From Trichoplax adhaerens (taxonomy: Eukaryota; Animalia; Placozoa), in contig NW_002060948.1 in the NCBI RefSeq assembly GCF_000150275.1, positions 1 through 64,000 on the forward strand: a DNA stretch of 64,000 nucleotides. Direction: 5' to 3'. Every line of letters begins with the position of its first letter. The stretch's first letter is position 1. A program made the translations under genes and the position numbers. Of the stretch, positions 56,501 to 64,000 are shown piece after piece. The notes beneath the pieces are model-generated. The model had not been told where the DNA came from. It saw only the letters and a list, made by a program, of their open reading frames with translations, and ran no database searches.

Positions 56501-59500
56501 CTTAAGCACTCTAGTTTAAAAGTTTACATCAATTTGCAGTACGTTGATTAATTTACTATTACAAATAAAAGTTTTTACTGTTTTATGACTTTAATGCAGC
56601 ATGCAGTCTTTCACCAATCATATCTCGCTAATGATCATTTCTAATCTTCTTCATTGCACTCTATCCCATGCTATCCTCGCCTATAGTCACCAATGTCTAT
56701 TTAAATTAAATCCAGTAAAGAAATGTATTTCTTGAAGAAAGTAGTTCACAGATGGCCTACTCGCTACACAAATTAACAGCATGACTTGAAGATTACACTA
56801 TAAACTAGTTTCTAACAAACACGAGCTCAAAAATTCGTTTCCAATCATCAAAATGAATGTAGATATCGTTTTGTTTTTATTCTCTTTCTATTTTACGTTT
56901 ATTTTTTTCGCTTTCTTTTCCGTTTAATGTTGAGGAGAAAAATTTTCATTTTATGTTGATAGCTAAGTGTTTATAGCCATGATAGGAATTGAACATGAAA
57001 TTCAATACGCTATAGACTCACGTTCCATTCTAGTAGTTCAAGTATTTGGATATACTGTGCGTAGCTTACGTCGGGATTTCAACGTTACCTCTATGCTAAT
57101 CTAGCCATTATCCGTATTGCGGATGGAGATTATTACCATCCATGTTGGTTATCTCATTGGGTAGGCATTCTCAGTTTAATAAGGAAGGCCCTAATCGAAA
57201 ATAACGTTTCATAAGACAAATAAGTGATTCTTCAACACAAGTTCTCGCGCCTTTTCCTTTAATTTTCCCTTCATTTTCAATTCCTGTCATAACTTTGCTT
57301 TCTCAGTAGATACTAATTGTGTTTATCTAGTATATATTACGACGCTATACAATATAATGCACTATTTTAGTTACGGATACAAATGATTTTAAACTCGCAC
57401 CAGTCCTTTTCTCGTCGATAATGAAGCTAAATCTTGCATTTGTGACATAAAATGGACGCAAATAAGGTTCTATTCGGAAATAGCGTGCTCTGAGGCAAGC
57501 AGACGACAATTTAACCTAAACACTCGCCGCATTTTCCCCTAATTTACTCTTAATTTGGGTATAGTACTATATGTTTCATATAGTATGGTAATACCGTAGG
57601 AATATCAATTAGATGCGTTCGAAAAGACCTCAGTGAATTTCTTACAACGAATAAAGTAAATGACATTGCATAGAGAAAGATTTGGAATGATTTAGTTCTT
57701 TACTGCATATACGTGATTATAGTATACCTCATGTCTTTGAAAAGATCTCAGTGAGTTTCTTAGGACGCATAAAGTAAATAAGATTGCAAGATGGAAGTTC
57801 TGCAATTATAATGTTGTTCTACTTCTATTATATATCTGTAACAGGATAGTAGTAGAAGGACAAATCAGACATCATTAAAACCTTTCAGCTAATTTCGTAA
57901 AACGTAAATTACGCTTAGGAAGATCTGAAATTAGAGTATTCTGCTACTTCCACTATAGTTCATAAGCAAAGAAGGAAGATAAATCAAACCCCTTTGAAAA
58001 ATCTTCCGTACAATTCTTATCACGCAAATAAAATTGTATCCATAACCCACCAGAAGGAGTAATAGTGTATTGGAAGTTGCGTATAGAAAAGATCTAAATG
58101 ATTAACTCTCTCCAAATTAGATTATGGCATACTAGTGTAAATACAAATTAGATATCTTTAAAAATTTGTAATCAATTCTCCAAATTACTTATCCATAATT
58201 TAAGCTGCCATCAAGTCCGTACTCAAGCATAGAAATAATTTACGACATAACCCATAGGTTCTCTAAGAACTTTCTATCCGTAAATTTAAAGCTATCGCGC
58301 AGCAAGTAATCATAGATATCATTTAGAATTGACAACATGGTATAACACTTGTTAAGATTGTCAATAATAGCTATGAAACATATCATATAGACAGTTTTTA
58401 ATTCGTCAATAGTCACATTCCATAATTTTTTCTTTGAACTCATGTACTTGTAATGAAAGGCCTCTAGTCCTAAATGATGTAATTAAATTTTATGGCTAGT
58501 TTCTGTCTTTCTTTGCATTGAGGATATTTTCGCTTACTGTATGATCGTCGTTTTCTATTAGCCGCTTAATACATTGCCATCACACTTGGACTTACCTGAT
58601 TCAGCTAGTATATCAAGTAATGGGTCTTACGAACTATCCTCGATGCTACCTCATGGGAGAGTTCCGGAATTATTAGTTTCCCTGACTTACAAGCCTAAAA
58701 TTGCTCAATTTTTAGTCAAAGTTATAAAGGCGGAAAATTTATTCCATCCTGGTATGGCCAATTTACCAGGTATATCAGTCTTATTCACCATTCCTTTTTA
58801 GATCTATTCTAAATACATTAAATTATACTATGACGACTTTTGAACATTAAGACTGACAATGCATTTTAGCTAACCTTTACTTCACTCGAAAGCTCTTACT
58901 CTATCACGCTATCTCAATTTTTCTGGCACAGCTTGATAGAAAATAGTAATATCCTTTTCTAATTAGGATTACCTCGCCTTTGTTGTTCTCTTTCTCTCTT
59001 TACTCTCTGTCTTTTTCATTTCTGATGTTAAATTAATTAAGGTTATCCATGTTAATGTCATTAATCGTGTAAGTATTCATTCAATCAAGTTGTTTAGCTT
59101 CTGTTCTATATTTTAGTAGATCCCTTTCAGAATCTCGATGAGTAGTGTTGATAATTTCATTAAACTTTTACTGTACTGAATTCGATATTTTACAGTACAA
59201 AATCATTGGAGAGATTTAGTATGAAATGGATGATTCTTCTGACAATGAATAGTGAAATTTTAACGTAAAATTGATTTCTTTTAGGTTATAGTAACTATAG
59301 TTTATCGTCCGTGACATAAATTTATAGCTTCAAATATTCATTATTGAGACCCTGTTTAGCTTGCTATATTATGATAGTAATCATTCACTGCAATGAAACT
59401 GGGCTGATTTTATTTTCAATTGTAGACTCATATGTCAAGGTAACACATAAAGATCATCATGGTAGATTACTCGATAAAAATAAAACGGGATTACAAAAAT

Positions 59501-59763
59501 GCAGGCGAGATCCGGAGTATAACTCTACTTTTGCTTATGATGCAAGCCATAAACACTTTGTTGAATCAACTTTCCATTTTTCCATGGTTCAAGTGAAAGG
59601 AGTTGGCAAAAGTAAAGACTTATTAGGCGGTTTCTCCATAGGGAAGCAATGTAGTGGTGAGAACGAAAGAGAGCATTGGAATGAAACAATTCGATTACCC
59701 AATCAGCCTATGGTAAGATGGCACGCTTTAATTCAACGAGATGAAACAAGTATGCAATATTAG
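53573..59763 (+). CDS. SYT14: Ca2+-independent synaptotagmin, SYT14/SYT16 family (N-terminal TM + C2A + C2B; about 569 aa)
   Basis: Exons 53573-53588 (MAKLP A|gtaagt), 55348-56495, 58562-58769, 59426-59763 splice in frame. TM PLPAIVALFIISILLVLLLIIYC then a Cys cluster; C2A GQVQFKVTYD...SKKKRFKTK...IFNEKF...VLRLRIY...EKVIGE; C2B HGRVPELLVSLTY...PDSYVKV...GENEREHWNE...VRWHAL; canonical Ca-binding Asp set not evident. Confidence 0.85.
54835..55370 (+). repeat. Five degenerate tandem units of about 104-112 bp, each an intron 3' end plus the start of the SYT TM exon
   Basis: Recurring tctaaaattt..acttacc...ttatttgcttt...aatag|tacctctgcc(a/g)gc..gttat; acceptor-equivalent positions at 54914, 55018, 55124 (AA), 55235, 55347. 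Confidence 0.85.
57617..57790. repeat. Diverged duplication with about 119-bp spacing in a SYT intron
   Basis: gaaaagacctcagtgaatttcttacaacgaataaagtaaat vs gaaaagatctcagtgagtttcttaggacgcataaagtaaat. Confidence 0.7.
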
Positions 59764-61327
59764 GATGAGATTAGAGAGAGAATTGCTTCAATGCCTCTGT
59801 TTTCTGTCGATACTACCTTGAAGACGTATTTTCACCATGATTTTACGTAACAAATTTGTAAAACCATATTAGATTTTATTATATGACAGAATAATCACAG
59901 AGAGTAATTTATAAAATTAATAACAAAAATGAGTATAAGCCAGTTTAGCGAAGTAACATGTTGTCGATTGAATTCAGTTGCGAACATTATTCTAATTCAA
60001 TTTTTCTTTCTATAATTCGATAATTTTTCAATGCAAGATACCCAGTAATCAACAGATTAATCCATCTAATGTACAGTTTACCCTTGCTATAACCCAACAA
60101 AATGTTAAAATTTATTATGATAAATATTATTACGCCAGTGGATTTCTATTTAATGATTTTGATTCAATCTATGGTTACCATAATTTAATCAAATCTAAAT
60201 GTATCTTGTAAGTATTTTCTTGCTATAAAAAAGTACCATCAAGATTTAGCATATAAGAGCTAGTATGAAATAATCCGTTTTAGTTGATGATTATAGTAAT
60301 AATTTGATTGCGATGTTGACGGTAGTATTAGCAGTTCTTGAATCTTCTAGAAGCATGATTAATGTTAAGATGAAATCCCGTGCTATCATAGACATACGTT
60401 CATACAATTCATTAAAGGATAGGGAATTATCCCAAATGAGCTGTAATAGCTGATCTTTACAAATTAAAAGTAGATTGATTGAAAATATTCTGAGGATTCT
60501 ATTTAGCGGTTGCTATCTAATTTAAGCTAGAATATTTCTTGTACTCTGTGAAATTTCATTAATTTCCAAGTAGCTTTTAAAGATCCGTCATAGTACTATT
60601 TCATCCTTATAACTATGGCTGATTAATATCTATATCTACAATATTGCCTATCATCTATTCTAATAAAGTATTAACCCAATACCTTTAACAGTGATTTAAG
60701 TTGATTTTTTTCCCATCAAATTTGCTTATCCGATCGTTAATTATTAAGATATTTATATCAATTATTTTATTACGGTCCTCTACGCTATATTATAATCTAT
60801 AAGGATGATATAACTAGCTAATAATATTACTTAAAGCTCTTCTTATTTGCTATGGATTTCATATAGCAGCATAATTGTTGGAGGCTTGCTTTGTAAGGTG
60901 ACTAGTAGATGCGCTGATGCTAAAATTATTAGCTATGATATTATTAAGATCCGGAATGTACAATTTAATAATCGATTGAATTGATTATCTTCAAACCATT
61001 TTTGGGGATTTATAATAATAAAATTATAGACTATAATGCCAATTATATAATTAAACTGTGGAATATATGGCATAGAGTATAATAAGCTATTGCTTTATGG
61101 GTATAAAACTGATTGAAGTGGATTTACAGTCAAGCCTAATGTACGCATATGCTGCATGCTGATTTTTGTTTATTATTGTAGTATAACATCATCGTTCAGG
61201 AGCTAGTTTTTACATGCAATAAAAGATCAATCTACTACGTAGGAAGAGTATAGGACAGGACTATCAAACACTTCTAATATTCGATAGGACCTACTTTAGT
61301 TTTAGTAAGCAAAGAACAATTAGGAAT

Positions 61328-62914
61328 ATGGATGATGATGGCCAACTAAAGTCTATTGATTTAAATCGTAAAGTACAAAAAGCACTATGTAGTAATCAGT
61401 TACAGAATACATGCCAGCTAATGGTGGAAGCGATGAGTTATACAGATTGCAAGCCATTTTTGTAAGAAATAATTCTGTTATTTCAGTTTAATACCATTTC
61501 TTTAACCTAGTCCGCATTGCTATTGTAATTTACAATTCGAGTTTGATCATTATTAATGAATCACATTAGTTATAGTTTTCCCCAGTTTTCTCTGCATGGT
61601 ATTCGAACTTAATGATTTTCGCCAATCGTTTTAGTTACAGTTTTCTCTATCATTCTCTGCTGGATAGAAGCATTTCAATTCTTGAGTTAAAATGAAATTT
61701 TTGCAATTCAATGCATAATGCTATGAAATACTGTTTATTATTCAATTTTTTATGTAATACTAAATATTATATCATAGCATTGCCCATTGATTTCTTTGAA
61801 ATGATTTCAATTATTGAAATGTTTCTCTCAGTATTTTCTAACCGGTAAAATAACGATTTCATTTGTCTTGGTTAAAATTGATTACGCAATCAACGGAATG
61901 TATTCAGTGCTATTTGATGTGATATTATGGCTAACAATATCTGCAAATTGCGTTAGCCATAATTTTTTTAACATCTAAAGGCGTTGACAATAAACTCATT
62001 TGTGTCTATTTCACTTCTTCCGATTATAGATCACGGAAGCCAGATAATTTAATACAGGACTACATCGATGAATTGATCGATCAATATGATCATGTAGGAA
62101 TATTTTTGCTTTATAATGACATCTGTGAATAGATTTTCTTACATCGGATATACCATAATTAGGCATTTGAACGTTAATTGGAATGAATAGCGTAATCTCG
62201 TTGCTTTTTTTGCAGTATTGTTAAATTCTTATTACCAGCAACTTCAAGTTTGCTCGCAATGAAACTCGGTCACGAATTTATCAACCATTATTATTTACTT
62301 TCGAGTGTCTCTGATTGTTTGCCATTTAGGTTATCGATATATTTCGTAAAGAACCAAAGGGATATATAAGTAAAGCTGCAGTTCTAGTATTAGCAAATAA
62401 ATGGACTGATGCAAGGTTTGTCGCATTTTTAGCTATTGACTCTTTTAAGGCATTGTATAGAAAAATTAGTATATCTTTGGAACTAATAGCTTATATAATT
62501 ATTAAGGGGACACCTTAATAAATAAGGGAGCTCTTTTACAAATTGCATTTCTATATCTTACTGATTATTATTAATATCATTTTAGATTAACTTTGGGTAA
62601 AGGTCTTATGGTATGCAGCGACAAAGACGAAATAAGGTTTAGATTCATATTCTACATGCCTATTTATTTGTAACGTTAAATGTCAAATATAGCTATACGT
62701 TAGAAAAGATAATCTATCCTAGCTGCTGGATGAAATGCTGTAAAGTCAGAGCTAACTGTTGTATAAAATTGATAGGGAAGCTCTAAACCGATTGAATCAC
62801 GTATTTCGAGAAACTGAAAGCGTCAAAACATCTTCCAATAGACTGAATTACTATAAGCGTAAGGAAACGTCTAGTTTACCGACTGTTAAAGATGAAGAAA
62901 GTGTTGAAATGTAA
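61328..62914 (+). CDS. Uncharacterised 157-aa protein with TPR-like helices, 5 exons
   Basis: Exons 61328-61461, 62030-62093, 62330-62415, 62586-62636, 62776-62914 all GT-AG and phase-consistent: MDDDGQLK...YIDELIDQYDHVIDIFRKEPKGYISKAAVLVLANKWTDARLTLGKGLMVCSDKDEIREALNRL...SVEM*. Not in the ORF track. Confidence 0.65.
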
Positions 62915-64000
62915 TTTATTTGCAATCGGAATTGGTTGATATTGAATATTAGTATTAACTAAATGGACATGGAAGTACTCATCTATTTCTAAGATTACTT
63001 GTAATAGGAACTATAGATATTAATATTAGTATACCGTTACAGTATGGGAATACTTGGATTTGTATCTTGATTACCGTTGATTGTATCATATAGAATATTG
63101 AAGGTAAAGTTAGTAACTGATAGTAACTCCAGTTATCTAATCTGCACTATTTGATGATATACACATATTTGCCATATTGCAGGTAATTTATTCAAAGTTA
63201 TCGTATGCACGCTGCTGTATTACATGGCAGCTAATAAAAAATATTGCTATTAATATCTGTCATCTCTATGTAATTTACAATACATTATTAAATATTTATT
63301 TACCTATGCTGCAATATATATCTGTACTCATTATACGAATGCGACTCTTTCGCTTCTTTCACATGCGTGATTGAGTCCTTGTTTCGGTGTTGTAAACACA
63401 CACGCGCCCTTTATGGTATCGATAGCTGAAAAATCTATAAACAATGAGCTATCGTAGGCGTCAGGGAGTTAAAGCATACATTTTAGTCAGATAAATCAAT
63501 TACAATTTAGTAAAGTATGCCTACGCTTTTGCAGATTATACAACTAATGTAACTATTCATAGTAGAAAAGTATATTTTAAGGATATGAACTTCCTTTCGT
63601 TATCGCGTGATGATTCCAAAAAATTTATATCATATGACTACTAATATAGCAAAGCCGTAGATACGGATATAGTATTAGTATCATTATTACATGCATTATA
63701 ATTATTGAGAAAAATATCGTTGCAGGGTTTAAATTTATGAGTGACGAATTAAGCAAGTTTGTTACTAAACAATAATAAAAAATTTATTTTCGTAATTTTT
63801 AAATAGACAAATAACTCGTTATGTTTCATATAATAATAATTGCATTTCAAGTGCATAAATTACCAGTCTCGATGGTACTTAAATATTCTCCTTAAATTTG
63901 TTTTGACATTATTAATATTTATATAGTCGTGCTAAAGAATTCTTGAAATGATAATAATTATTGGAAATTTGATTAGTAAATGTATAAATATACTAGCTTG

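Overview
Eukaryotic, AT-rich, intron-dense chromosome end: (CCCTAA)n telomere at 1-63, then about 11 compact spliced genes. Gene content, short introns and TTAGGG telomeres indicate an early-branching animal; a placozoan such as Trichoplax is my best guess (inference only). Genes reconstructed by hand-splicing, in order: Q50 paired-like homeobox (-; most of the homeobox probably in an assembly gap), ACBD3 (-), DUF445-like membrane protein (+), ARID4 (+), RBM34 (-), a small orphan gene (+), MAP1LC3C-like (+), TIMM9 (-), TALPID3/KIAA0586 (+), SYT14/16-like (+) and a 5-exon TPR-like gene (+). Main observations: (1) palindromic CAGTA/TACTG arrays sit at all three divergent gene pairs, like a promoter-marking element; (2) the gene set matches the human 1q/14q23 paralogon, including the head-to-head TIMM9-KIAA0586 pair and ARID4-RBM34 adjacency; (3) a tandem array of duplicated splice acceptors lies in front of the SYT transmembrane exon; (4) a bacterial-type DUF445 gene carries spliceosomal introns; (5) there are several GC-AG introns; (6) the LC3 ends directly in the conjugation glycine. 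All homology calls are from recognised motifs, not database searches.
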